Shown here: piece after piece, positions 10,121 to 18,251 of the stretch
Numbering within the stretch: the first letter of the stretch is position 1
How the letters are laid out: every line of letters starts with the position of its first letter
Assembly: GCA_027365225.1 (NCBI GenBank)
Contig: DAHXNV010000010.1
Span: 11,487 to 75,486 of the forward strand
Length of the DNA: 64,000 nt
Direction: 5' to 3'
Origin: Gammaproteobacteria bacterium
Lineage (GTDB): Bacteria; Pseudomonadota; Gammaproteobacteria; Steroidobacterales; Steroidobacteraceae
Notes under the pieces: generated by a model
The model's input: only the letters and a program-made list of their open reading frames with translations
The model's database searches: none
Told to the model about the DNA's origin: nothing
Translations under genes and position numbers: made by a program

Positions 10121-10801
10121 CTACTCGTCGGCCTCGACCGCCATCAGCGCCGAGAGCACCGCCAGGCGCTCCCCCGGCGGCAAGGCTCGATACCGCCGCC
10201 CCCAGTTCTCAGCCTTGCGCTTGATGCGTTGCCGGTCGGTGAAGTTCTTGCCCGCGTACCTCGCCCAATGCACTCGATCGGGGCGGAAGTTGAACCACAC
10301 CTTCTCGGTGCGCACACCGGCTTGGTTCATCACCTGGACCTCCAGGCTCTGCCAGCCAGCCAGATGCTCATCGTAGAGCCTCGAGGGGTAGCCGGAAAGA
10401 ATCACCTGACAGGGGAGCTTTTTCAGCAGACTCAGCAGCTCCAGGTGATCGGCCTCTTCGTACTCGAAGCGGTAGCGCCGATCCGAACTGCGCGTCGCGT
10501 GCAGATACGGCGGATCACAGTACACCAGTTCCCGACCCTGATACGGGAAGTCCGCCAGGAACCGGTGCGCGTGAGCCTGCACCACCTCCACGGGGTAGGA
10601 GCACTGAAATCTCGCCAGCGCCCGCTCATTGAGGTCGATCCCGATATTGCGCGGCGCCGGGGGCTTGCGCTGCATGATCGCCCCACCCCCGAGGTGGCTC
10701 TCGATGTAGGTATCATGCGGAGGCATCAGGGAAATAATCGCCTGACACAACCCCGAGGTCGCCTTCGAACCGAAATACGCGCCCATCGCTGCCGAACCCA
10801 T
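10121..10801 (-). CDS. DNA N6-adenine methyltransferase (D12/Dam-like)
   Basis: 226 aa with motif I-like ESHLGGGAIM and the catalytic motif IV CDPPYL. It sits 7 nt upstream of the transposase, inside the IS boundaries. Confidence 0.75.
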   Translation of the reverse strand: MGSAAMGAYFGSKATSGLCQAIISLMPPHDTYIESHLGGGAIMQRKPPAPRNIGIDLNERALARFQCSYPVEVVQAHAHRFLADFPYQGRELVYCDPPYLHATRSSDRRYRFEYEEADHLELLSLLKKLPCQVILSGYPSRLYDEHLAGWQSLEVQVMNQAGVRTEKVWFNFRPDRVHWARYAGKNFTDRQRIKRKAENWGRRYRALPPGERLAVLSALMAVEADE

Positions 10802-11005
10802 CCTCCCACAGATGGGACGGCAGCATAGAATCAGACCGCTAGCCTGTCAAGCGCATCCTCTCAATACACGATCCGGTGAGTCGTTACTGCATGGCGACGT
10901 GTTCCTCAGCCGCCAGATAGCTTCTGCGCAACTCCATACCTACGGTGTGAACACATCGCCCCGGCTTCCGCAACACGTAACTGCTTGATAACATTACTAT
11001 CCCGA

Positions 11006-11025
11006 GCCGCTGAAAAGAGCCGCAC
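11006..11025. repeat. IS terminal inverted repeat (methylase-proximal end)
   Basis: Its reverse complement matches 8601-8620 at 18 of 20 positions. Confidence 0.85.
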
Positions 11026-11037
11026 CCATGTCATTTG
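11026..11037. repeat. Target-site duplication, right copy (CCATGTCATTTG)
   Basis: Identical to 8588-8599. Confidence 0.85.
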
Positions 11038-11589
11038 AAAGTCATACCATCCCGCCTGATTGATTGCGGGCATCGACGTAAATTGCTGATTGGACCCCGA
11101 GCCCGAGTAGCCGGACCCTTGCACATTAATGCCACTGCTGGTGCCGGTGACGATGAAGTCTTCTTCCGCGCCCCACAACTGCGGCGTTCCGCTGATCGTG
11201 TTCGACGTCGTCGCATTGGGCGTCTCGTCGAGCATGAACTGGCCCGATTGGTCCGCAGCCGCGGCCGGATTCAGGTACACGGCAATGGACTGACTGACTG
11301 TCTGCTCAGGCGCCGTGTTTAAAGCCCCAGTTCCGAAAAAAGTGTACGGTCCGTTATCCGGCGCTCCTGCCACACTGCTGCCGAACGGATAAAGATTGGG
11401 GAGTTCAGTGTAAGCTGCTCCGGAGGGGCCACCAGAGTTGACGGTGGTGACCGTTATTGGCGTTCCGGTGTAGCTGCTGCTCCAATCGCCGGGATTCCCG
11501 TTCGCAAAGTTGAGAGTCGTGGCCATTGCCACAGTCCCGAAAAGGAGTGCGGTTACGAGGCCCAGCGCGGGTAACGTGGCTTTGCACAT
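11026..11589 (-). pseudogene. PEP-CTERM sorting-domain protein, N-terminal half (signal peptide + Thr/Ser/Gly-rich domain)
   Basis: It starts with the signal peptide MCKATLPALGLVTALLFGTVAMA. The ORF is in frame up to QMTW (11037-11026), then runs into IS sequence. Confidence 0.85.
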
Positions 11590-12129
11590 GTTGTGGTTCT
11601 CCCGTGTCTTCTTGGCACGTGTCTTGACGTGTCGCTGGTTTCAATTGATGACGGGTACAGGATGTTTTGTTCTGGTGATTTGGGGTTGCTCGCTACCCAG
11701 CCGCACCGTGCGCGCGAGGTCAGCGCCCAACTCATCGGTGTCTTCACCGAATCGACGGTTGCAATGACTTATGCTTCACATCGGAGTGGAAGCATATCTC
11801 GTCCCAAATGTGACGACGCCTATTCAATTCAAGAGGTTACTCGATGCCGGTCAGTGGGATCGGTCTTTAACTTGCCGGAAATGTAAAAAACGTCGACGCG
11901 ATCCGGGTTGGGCGAAAACCGCACGGTTCGCCAAGCCCGCCCGCCTGCGGGCTGCGTTTGTCACCGGCAGCGCTACAGGTGGCGACCGGCAGACAATGCG
12001 CGTGCCGAAGCGCCCCGGCGTCACTCACGGCGCGAGCGCAGCGGCGCCGTGAGGGCCCGAGGCCGGTGAGCATGTCAGGGCGGCGGGACCAACGGGACGC
12101 GATGCCGTTCCCGGTGCACATCCGCCCCC

Positions 12130-12429
12130 GTGCGCCGCCGGCGGTCGCTCAGCCAGCAGGCGATCGCAGCGTCACGCGGCAGCCCGGCGAGCGGTGCCCC
12201 AACGGACTTGACCGAGTACGATCTTTCGGGGTTCAAGCCGATGCGGTTCGAGGTCGAGCCGAAGTCCGCGGCCCTGAACATGCGGTTGCCGCCGAAGCTT
12301 CTCGACGCGGTGAAGGCCCAGGCCCGCGCCCAGGGGATCCCCTACACGCGCTATGTGCGCATGCTTCTCGAGAAGGCGGTCGACCGAGCGGCGCCGGCGA
12401 AGGGCGGGATGAGGCCCAGATACGGGTAA
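12130..12429 (+). CDS. CopG/RHH (BrnA-like) antitoxin-type protein, no adjacent toxin
   Basis: DLSGFKPMRFEVEPKSAALNMRLPPKLLDAVKAQARAQGIPYTRYVRMLLEKAV matches the usual ...RF...K....LRLP..LL...K..A...GIPYQ..I...L.. pattern. The start is uncertain (GTG at 12130; the frame is open from 12070). Confidence 0.55.
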   Translation: MRRRRSLSQQAIAASRGSPASGAPTDLTEYDLSGFKPMRFEVEPKSAALNMRLPPKLLDAVKAQARAQGIPYTRYVRMLLEKAVDRAAPAKGGMRPRYG

Positions 12430-12435
12430 CGGCGG

Positions 12436-12636
12436 ATGCTGGCGCCCTTGAAATCAAAGGGCTCGCGCCGCACCGGGCGTGAGCCCGACGACGCCCCGGA
12501 GATCACTGACAGGTGGACCGTCGAGACCAATCTGCGCCACGGCAAAAAGCTCGTGCGCGGCGGCCTCACCGACACGGAGCTCGCGAGAATCGACCGGGAC
12601 TTCAAGACATTGCGGAAGTCCCGGCAGTCGCGGTAA
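12436..12636 (+). CDS. Short BrnA/DUF4415-like fragment protein
   Basis: EPDDAPEITDRWTVETNLRHGKKLVRGG resembles the DD.PELTDE......GGKLVRRG N-terminal part of BrnA-type antitoxins. The C-terminal RHH part is absent. Confidence 0.3.
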   Translation: MLAPLKSKGSRRTGREPDDAPEITDRWTVETNLRHGKKLVRGGLTDTELARIDRDFKTLRKSRQSR

Positions 12637-12676
12637 AGAACGTCGAGAGCTATCTCAGCGAGTCCTGAAATTCATC

Positions 12677-13012
12677 ATGCCCATCAACATCGACCAACTG
12701 ACCGAGGTCGAGCTGATCGACCTCAACCACCGCATCGTCGCCCGGCTGCGCTTCCTGCAGCAGATGAGGGCGCACGTCACCAAGCTCGATTTTCGCCTCG
12801 GCGAGCGCGAGCGGTTCCATTCGGAGAGTCACGGTGCAGTGACCGGCATGATCACGCGCTACAACAAGAAGACCGTCAGCATCCTCACCGACGACGGGCA
12901 GCGCTGGAACCTCTCCCCGCAGCTGCTCGAGCGCGCCGGATCCGAGACCCACACCTTCTCGTCCACGCGCACGTGGACCATGGTGGTGCTGGACATCGCG
13001 GGTACCTCGTGA
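12677..13012 (+). CDS. Conserved hypothetical protein
   Basis: An internal ATG in ORF 12479-13012 gives MPINIDQLTEVELIDLNHRIVARLRFLQQMRAHV...ITRYNKKTVSILTDDGQRWNLSPQLL. I recognise this as a widespread small proteobacterial hypothetical family. Confidence 0.5.
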   Translation: MPINIDQLTEVELIDLNHRIVARLRFLQQMRAHVTKLDFRLGERERFHSESHGAVTGMITRYNKKTVSILTDDGQRWNLSPQLLERAGSETHTFSSTRTWTMVVLDIAGTS

Positions 13013-13061
13013 ATGAGATACATTGTGTCTCAGAAGATCGGGACAAGGGAAGCTGCATCCG

Positions 13062-13240
13062 ATGCGCATCAAGGACTTGCGTAAGCAGATTGGACTGAGC
13101 CAGTCGAAGTTCGCAGTTCTGCTGCGCATCGAAGTCGGTACGTTGCGCAATTGGGAGCAAGGAATTGGTGAGCCGACCGGCCCGGCGAAAGCACTGCTCA
13201 CCGCCATTGCCCGTGACCCTCGGCACGTTCTCTCGCATGC
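13062..13240 (+). pseudogene. XRE-family HTH antitoxin-like gene lacking its stop codon
   Basis: MRIKDLRKQIGLSQSKFAVLLRIEVGTLRNWEQGIGEPTGPAKALLTAIARDPRHVL is a complete MqsA/HigA-like HTH module. The frame then runs on with no stop until 15410, antisense to the ClC gene. Confidence 0.4.
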
Positions 13241-13276
13241 GCCTCGAATCGGCGCTCTCCCGAGCGCCGCAGCGGC

Positions 13277-13453
13277 CTATGCCCGCGGGCTGAGAGTTGC
13301 CGTGCGTGTTGGCGAGGGCGGGCTGACGAGCCGGGCGCGGCGTGCGACCTCGGCCGTATGCGCGAAGGCGACCGGCGAGATGACCAACGCGGTGCTGGCC
13401 AGGGTGGCCAGGACGGCCAGGGCGATGATGATGAGGGTGCGAACGGTGCTCAT
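13277..13453 (-). CDS. Small (58-aa) putative secreted or membrane peptide
   Basis: AGGAGA lies 6 nt upstream of the ATG. The N-terminus MSTVRTLIIIALAVLATLASTALVISPVAFA-HT is signal-peptide-like, and third codon positions are G/C-rich. Confidence 0.35.
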   Translation of the reverse strand: MSTVRTLIIIALAVLATLASTALVISPVAFAHTAEVARRARLVSPPSPTRTATLSPRA

Positions 13454-13544
13454 GGCGGCTCTCCTGCGCGATGTCAGGAAAACACATCTGAACGGTGAAA
13501 GTTGCAGCCGGCCTCGCAGGCCCGCCGCGGGTGAGCCGTGCCCC

Positions 13545-15119
13545 TCAGACCGCGGCCGCCGCGTCGTGCGCCTTGGCGCGTCCCGGGGCGCTCTCCGGCG
13601 GCGGCTCATAGTGATAGTACCGCTCCTCGGCGAGCGCATGATAGAGCGGCGGGGTGAACAGGCCCGACAGGCGCGCGGAAGCCAGGGCAACGGCCATCAG
13701 CGGGATCACCATGGCCGTGCCGTTGGTCATCTCCATCACGATGACGAACGAGGTGAGCGGCGACTGCGTGACCGCGGCCAGATACCCCGCCATGCACAGC
13801 GCGATCACCGCCGCCATGGACGTCCAGGAGAACATCGCATGCACCCATTGGGCGATTCCCGCCCCGATCGCGAGCGACGGGGAGAACAATCCGCCGGGAA
13901 TCCCCACCAGGTTGGTGAGCACCATGGCGACCCATTTGGTCATCCCGAAGGCCATGCTGAGCGGCGCCGTGCCGTGCAGGAGCGCGCGCGCCTGATCGTA
14001 GCCGCTGCCCCAGGTCTGCCCACGGGTGGCCACTCCGACCATCGCGATGATCATGGCCAGCAGGAACGCCCACCACAGCGGCTTGCGGGACCTGAACTCG
14101 CTCACCCTCGCGGGCAACCACTTGCGCCAGTGTACCAGCGCGTGGGAGAACGCCGCGCCGAGCAACCCGCACAGCACCGTCGCCACGATCACGGGAAAGA
14201 CGAATGCCACACTCACCTGCGAGGCGACGTTGAGCTGGCCGAAGTACATATAATTGCCCGCCAGCGCGATCGTGGTCAGACCGGCGAACACCGCCGCGGT
14301 GATCATCGTGCCGTTGGTGCGCGTCTCGAAGTCGCGCGCCAGCTCCTCGATGGCGAAGATCACCCCGGCGAGCGGGGTATTGAATGCGGCGGAAAGCCCG
14401 GCGGCCGCGCCGGCGAGCAGCAGGCGCCGCTCGAGCGCCCGGGTGCGCTGGGGGTAGAAATGACGGGTCTCGGCCATGATGGCCGCGCCGAGGTGCACGG
14501 TCGGACCTTCCGGGCCGATGCTCAGTCCACCGAGGAATCCGAGCAGCGACATGGCGAGCTTGCCGATGATGATGCGCAGGCCGAAGAAGTACTTCATCAC
14601 CGTGTCGTTGTCCTCGCGCGGACCGTGGATGGCGGCGATCACCTGCGAGATGCCGCCGCCCTCGGCACCGTAGAACCAGCGCCGCGTGCCATACACCCCC
14701 AACACGGTCAGCGTCGGGGTGATGATGAAGGCGAGCCAGGCGCGGCCCTGGATGACGTAGCGGAACAAATCATAGGCGTCGCGGATCCAGCGCGCGTACA
14801 GATATCCGATCACCCCCACGAGCACGGCCGCGAACCACGGCAGCCCCACCTGGAGAAAGAGCCGGCGGCCGCGCCTCGTCAGCAGGCGTTGAGCGCGGTA
14901 CTCGAAGTGGTCGCGAAACCTGCGCACGGGCACGAACACCGGGGGCGCATCGAGCGCGATGTGCGGCTCGGACCCCTGCGGCTCGGCCGCGGACCCGCCG
15001 GGGGTGCTGCCGGGCTCCCCGCTCGCCCCGGGCAGGAGCAGCTCGCGCTGCGCCGGCTCGGCCGGCTCGGCCGGCTCGGCCGGCGCAGGCTCCGGGGTTT
15101 CCCCGGGTTCTTCATTCAT
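13545..15119 (-). CDS. ClC-family voltage-gated chloride channel / H+-Cl- antiporter
   Basis: Contains GPEGPTVHLGAAI and GIPGGLFSPSLAIGAG (ClC selectivity-filter motifs) and many TM segments. The start is set at MNEEPGE (15119); the ORF extends to 15305. Confidence 0.85.
   Translation of the reverse strand: MNEEPGETPEPAPAEPAEPAEPAQRELLLPGASGEPGSTPGGSAAEPQGSEPHIALDAPPVFVPVRRFRDHFEYRAQRLLTRRGRRLFLQVGLPWFAAVLVGVIGYLYARWIRDAYDLFRYVIQGRAWLAFIITPTLTVLGVYGTRRWFYGAEGGGISQVIAAIHGPREDNDTVMKYFFGLRIIIGKLAMSLLGFLGGLSIGPEGPTVHLGAAIMAETRHFYPQRTRALERRLLLAGAAAGLSAAFNTPLAGVIFAIEELARDFETRTNGTMITAAVFAGLTTIALAGNYMYFGQLNVASQVSVAFVFPVIVATVLCGLLGAAFSHALVHWRKWLPARVSEFRSRKPLWWAFLLAMIIAMVGVATRGQTWGSGYDQARALLHGTAPLSMAFGMTKWVAMVLTNLVGIPGGLFSPSLAIGAGIAQWVHAMFSWTSMAAVIALCMAGYLAAVTQSPLTSFVIVMEMTNGTAMVIPLMAVALASARLSGLFTPPLYHALAEERYYHYEPPPESAPGRAKAHDAAAAV
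15052..15085. repeat. 9-bp tandem repeat (GCCGGCTCG x3 plus a partial copy)
   Basis: Read directly from the sequence. It encodes the (AEP)n stretch APAEPAEPAEPAQ in the ClC N-terminal tail. Confidence 0.8.
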
Positions 15120-15504
15120 AAGCGGATTCCAATTCCTGGCGTCCCAACAGCGCCCCCGCCCGGCGCGCTCCCTCGAGGACCTTCGCAGCGCCGCGCCATG
15201 AGCGGACTGAAACGCGCACCGCCGGGACGTCGAGCCTCGAGCGCGGGCCGGCGGATGGGGCTTCGGGTTGGGGGGATTCGGCAGCAGTGTCAGTCCGCGC
15301 CGCACATGCCGCGGGCTCGTTCGGCAGCAGCAGCGGCGGGATCGGCTCGGATTGTGACGGGTCGGACACTTCGGTGCGGCGGGCGGGCTCGGTGCGATGC
15401 GGATGAGTGAGACCGAGTGATTTTAACGATACGCTCGCGCCCCCGCCACGGCGCGCAAGAAAAATTCAGAGCGATTCAGCGCCTGCGTCGCTCGCTGCAC
15501 GGGC

Positions 15505-15804
15505 TCAGGCCGAGCGTGTGCGCGGCGAACTGAGATCGAGCTTGACCGCATGCAGCACTTTCTGCGCGCCTCGAACGTCGTCCTCCTCGATCTGCATCCG
15601 CGCATCCCCGAGCCGGCCGTCGAGCATGGCGGCCTGCGTGGCGCTGATGCGGTGGTGATCCAGATCGACGGTCGTCTCGGTCCGCAATCCGCGCAGCTCC
15701 GCGTACGCGCGCGCGCGCGCGGCGACCTCGAAATGAAACGCGAGCGCGCCAACCGCGACGCTCAACCCTACAGCAATACCGACTACAGCCCCGGCTTTCA
15801 TCAC
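15505..15804 (-). CDS. Small N-terminally membrane-anchored hypothetical protein
   Basis: 99 aa with the TM segment MMKAGAVVGIAVGLSVAVGALAF. It lies 43 nt downstream of the sensor kinase and has coding-like codon usage. Confidence 0.45.
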   Translation of the reverse strand: MMKAGAVVGIAVGLSVAVGALAFHFEVAARARAYAELRGLRTETTVDLDHHRISATQAAMLDGRLGDARMQIEEDDVRGAQKVLHAVKLDLSSPRTRSA

Positions 15805-15846
15805 GAGAATTCTAGCGGATGAGCCCGCGAAAATGCCAGGCTTAAT

Positions 15847-17226
15847 TCACGCCGCGGCGCACTCGCACACGGGCAGCGTGACCGTCACCGCCAAGCCGCC
15901 GCCCGCAAGATTGCGCGCGCTGATGCGCCCGCCATGCAACGCCACGGCCCGCGCGGCGATCGCCAAGCCGAGACCTTCCCCACCCTGGGTACGATCGCGC
16001 GCCGCATCGACACGGTAGAACGGCTCGAATATCGCCGCCAGATCCTGCGGCGGCACGCCGGGCCCATGATCAGACACGGTAACATCGATCGCCGGCTGCG
16101 CCTGCGGTCCCGAGACGGCGCGGCGCGCCTCGACGGCCACCTCGGTCCCGGCCGCCCCATAACGCACGGCGTTGCGGATCACGTTCTCGAAGGCGCTGCG
16201 CAGCAGCTCCGGATCGGCCGCCGTGACCAACTGCGGGTCGGCGCGCACGGTGAGCGAGCCGCCACGCGCATCGACTTCGATTGCGACATCCTGGGCGATT
16301 GCCGCGAGCAACGCGCCGACCTCGAGTCTCTCCCCGGCGATCTCGCGCGGCGGGCGCTCCAGGCGCGCCAGCTTCAGCACCCGCGCGATCAGCTGCTCGA
16401 GCCGGTCCGCCTCGCGCCCGATCCGCTCCAACTGGCGCGGCAGCTCCTCGCGGCGCACCGCGAGCGAGAGCGCCAACTGCAGCCGCGTCAGGGGCGAGCG
16501 CAGCTCGTGCGACACGTCGCGCAGCAGCCGCTGCCGCGACTCGAGCAGACCCTGGACCCGCTCGGCCATGGCATCGAAATCGGCCGCCAGGCGCGCCAGA
16601 TCGTCATGCCGCCCCCGCATGCTCGGCGCGACCCGCACATCGAGGTTGCCGGCGGCCGCCGCGCGCGCCGCCTGGCGCAGCCGCTCGATGGGGCCGACGA
16701 GGTAGCGCGCCAGGAGGAAGCACGTGAGCGTGCTCACCACCAGCGCGAGCGCGATGGTGGTGCCGGGCACACCGGGCAGTCCGAGCGCGCCGAAGAACAG
16801 CAACGGATGGTGCCGCAGGTTGGTCACGATCACCTGATACATCTGTCCCTGGGGCGTGGTCAGCACCAGCGCACCGCCGAACGGCGGCGGCTGGCGGTGG
16901 CTCAGACCGGTGGGGCCGGGCACCAGAAAATCGCGCATCACCGGCGGCAGCGGCCGGCCGAGCACGTCGCGCTCGTTCGGGCCGATGACGAACGTGCGCC
17001 AGTAGTACGGCCCCCCTTTGAGGTGCTCGGTCCAGCGCTTCAGCCCCGGCGGACCGCCGTGCTCGAAGGCGAGCGCGGCCTGCTGAAACAACTGCCCGCG
17101 CTGCACCCAGGGCATCTGGTCGCGCAGGTGAAATGCCTCGTCCACGGCCACGGTCACGGTGCCCGCGAGGATCACCGCGGTGGCGAGCCAGAAGGACCAG
17201 AAAATCCGCCAGAACAAGGAATGCAT
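15847..17226 (-). CDS. Sensor histidine kinase, CpxA-like (two TM, HAMP, HisKA, HATPase)
   Basis: The N-terminus has RIFWSFWL, and the H-box SRQRLLRDVSHELRSPLTRLQL closely parallels E. coli CpxA. G-box DHGPGV...GGEGLGLAIA. Confidence 0.85.
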   Translation of the reverse strand: MHSLFWRIFWSFWLATAVILAGTVTVAVDEAFHLRDQMPWVQRGQLFQQAALAFEHGGPPGLKRWTEHLKGGPYYWRTFVIGPNERDVLGRPLPPVMRDFLVPGPTGLSHRQPPPFGGALVLTTPQGQMYQVIVTNLRHHPLLFFGALGLPGVPGTTIALALVVSTLTCFLLARYLVGPIERLRQAARAAAAGNLDVRVAPSMRGRHDDLARLAADFDAMAERVQGLLESRQRLLRDVSHELRSPLTRLQLALSLAVRREELPRQLERIGREADRLEQLIARVLKLARLERPPREIAGERLEVGALLAAIAQDVAIEVDARGGSLTVRADPQLVTAADPELLRSAFENVIRNAVRYGAAGTEVAVEARRAVSGPQAQPAIDVTVSDHGPGVPPQDLAAIFEPFYRVDAARDRTQGGEGLGLAIAARAVALHGGRISARNLAGGGLAVTVTLPVCECAAA

Positions 17227-17235
17227 GACGTGCGC

Positions 17236-17934
17236 TCAGCGCTGACCCAACGCGTATCCGGCGCCCCGTACGCCCTGGATGCGCACGCTCTCGGTGTAGC
17301 GGGCGAGCTTGCGGCGCAGATTGCTCACGTGGGTATCGAGGCTGCGGTCCGTGGGCAACAGCCGCCGGCCGAGGGCCTGCAGCATCAACTCCTCGCGGCT
17401 GACGGTGCGCGTGTCGGCCTGGATCAGCAGCTCGAGAATGCGCAACTCCGCGCTCGTGAGCGTCAGGTCCCGGCCATCGACCGTGGCCCGGTGCGCGCGC
17501 GAATCGAGGGTCAGCGGTCCGAAGCTGAGCACGCCGGACCCGGGATTCTCGGCCATGCGGCGCAGGATCGCGCGGATGCGCGCCACGAGCTCGCGCGGAC
17601 TGAAGGGCTTGGCGAGATAGTCATCGGCGCCCATCTCCAGTCCCACGACCCGATCGACCTCCTCCCCGCGCGCGGTCAACATCAACACCGGCACGCGGCT
17701 GACGGCGCGGATCCTGCGCAGCACCTCGAAACCCGACAACCCCGGCAGCATCACATCGAGCACCACCAGATCGAGGCCGCCGCGCCCGAGCCGCTCCAGG
17801 GCGCGCGGCGCGTTGCCGGCGGTGTCGACCGCGAACCCCTCCGGCTCGAGATACTCCGCCAGCATCGTGCACAGCTCCACGTCGTCATCGACGATCAGCA
17901 GCTGGGTCGGCGCGCCCGCCTCGGCGGCGCTCAC
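17236..17934 (-). CDS. OmpR-family response regulator, CpxR-like
   Basis: LLIVDDD...LDVMLPG...LTARGEEVDRVVGLEMGADDYLAKPFSPRELVARIRAILRR and DRSLDTHVSNLRRKL are near-identical in pattern to CpxR. Confidence 0.9.
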   Translation of the reverse strand: MSAAEAGAPTQLLIVDDDVELCTMLAEYLEPEGFAVDTAGNAPRALERLGRGGLDLVVLDVMLPGLSGFEVLRRIRAVSRVPVLMLTARGEEVDRVVGLEMGADDYLAKPFSPRELVARIRAILRRMAENPGSGVLSFGPLTLDSRAHRATVDGRDLTLTSAELRILELLIQADTRTVSREELMLQALGRRLLPTDRSLDTHVSNLRRKLARYTESVRIQGVRGAGYALGQR

Positions 17935-18236
17935 GCCGGATTCTCCAGGCTGAAGAGTTGGCGCTGATCGTCGTAGGCGAAGATCTCGGCATAGCGGCCC
18001 CAGCCGATCATCGCCCGCAGCGTCTGCTCGGCGCTCTGCTCGGTCATGTCGTCCTCGAGCTCATCGAGACAGCGGCTCTTGGGCGCAAGGGGGGTGCTGC
18101 GCTCAGCGAGCACGTGCCGCTCGTGCGCGAGCCGCTGATGCGCGAACGGGCTCTTGCGCTCCTCGGTCTCGGCGCGCGCGAACGCCAGAGCCGCCTCGGT
18201 CAGCGGCTCGGCCTGGATCTGCGAATGGGCGTTCAT
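17931..18236 (-). CDS. Stand-alone AAA-associated C-terminal domain (PF09821-like) protein
   Basis: The C-terminus TLRAMIGWGRYAEIFAYDDQRQLFSLENP matches the ..IDWGRYAELF.YD.....L.LE tail of NitT/TauT-type ABC ATPases. It overlaps the regulator gene by 4 nt. Confidence 0.55.
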   Translation of the reverse strand: MNAHSQIQAEPLTEAALAFARAETEERKSPFAHQRLAHERHVLAERSTPLAPKSRCLDELEDDMTEQSAEQTLRAMIGWGRYAEIFAYDDQRQLFSLENPA

Positions 18237-18251
18237 GCGCTTTCGATGGGG

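Larger units (their letters stand above)
8600..11025 (-). mobile_element. Complete IS (~2.43 kb) encoding a Dam-like methyltransferase plus an ISKra4-like transposase
   Basis: Bounded by 18/20-matching terminal inverted repeats and a 12-bp direct repeat. It interrupts an otherwise continuous PEP-CTERM ORF. Confidence 0.85.

Noticed and set aside
13241-15410. Remainder of the 795-aa plus-strand ORF (13023-15410) beyond the HTH module
   Set aside because: It is antisense to the ClC channel gene and is Arg/His-rich junk. Only the first ~60 codons (the HTH) look genuine.
15934-17967. 677-aa plus-strand ORF
   Set aside because: It is antisense to the CpxA/CpxR-like genes, which have clear motifs. 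It is a shadow ORF.
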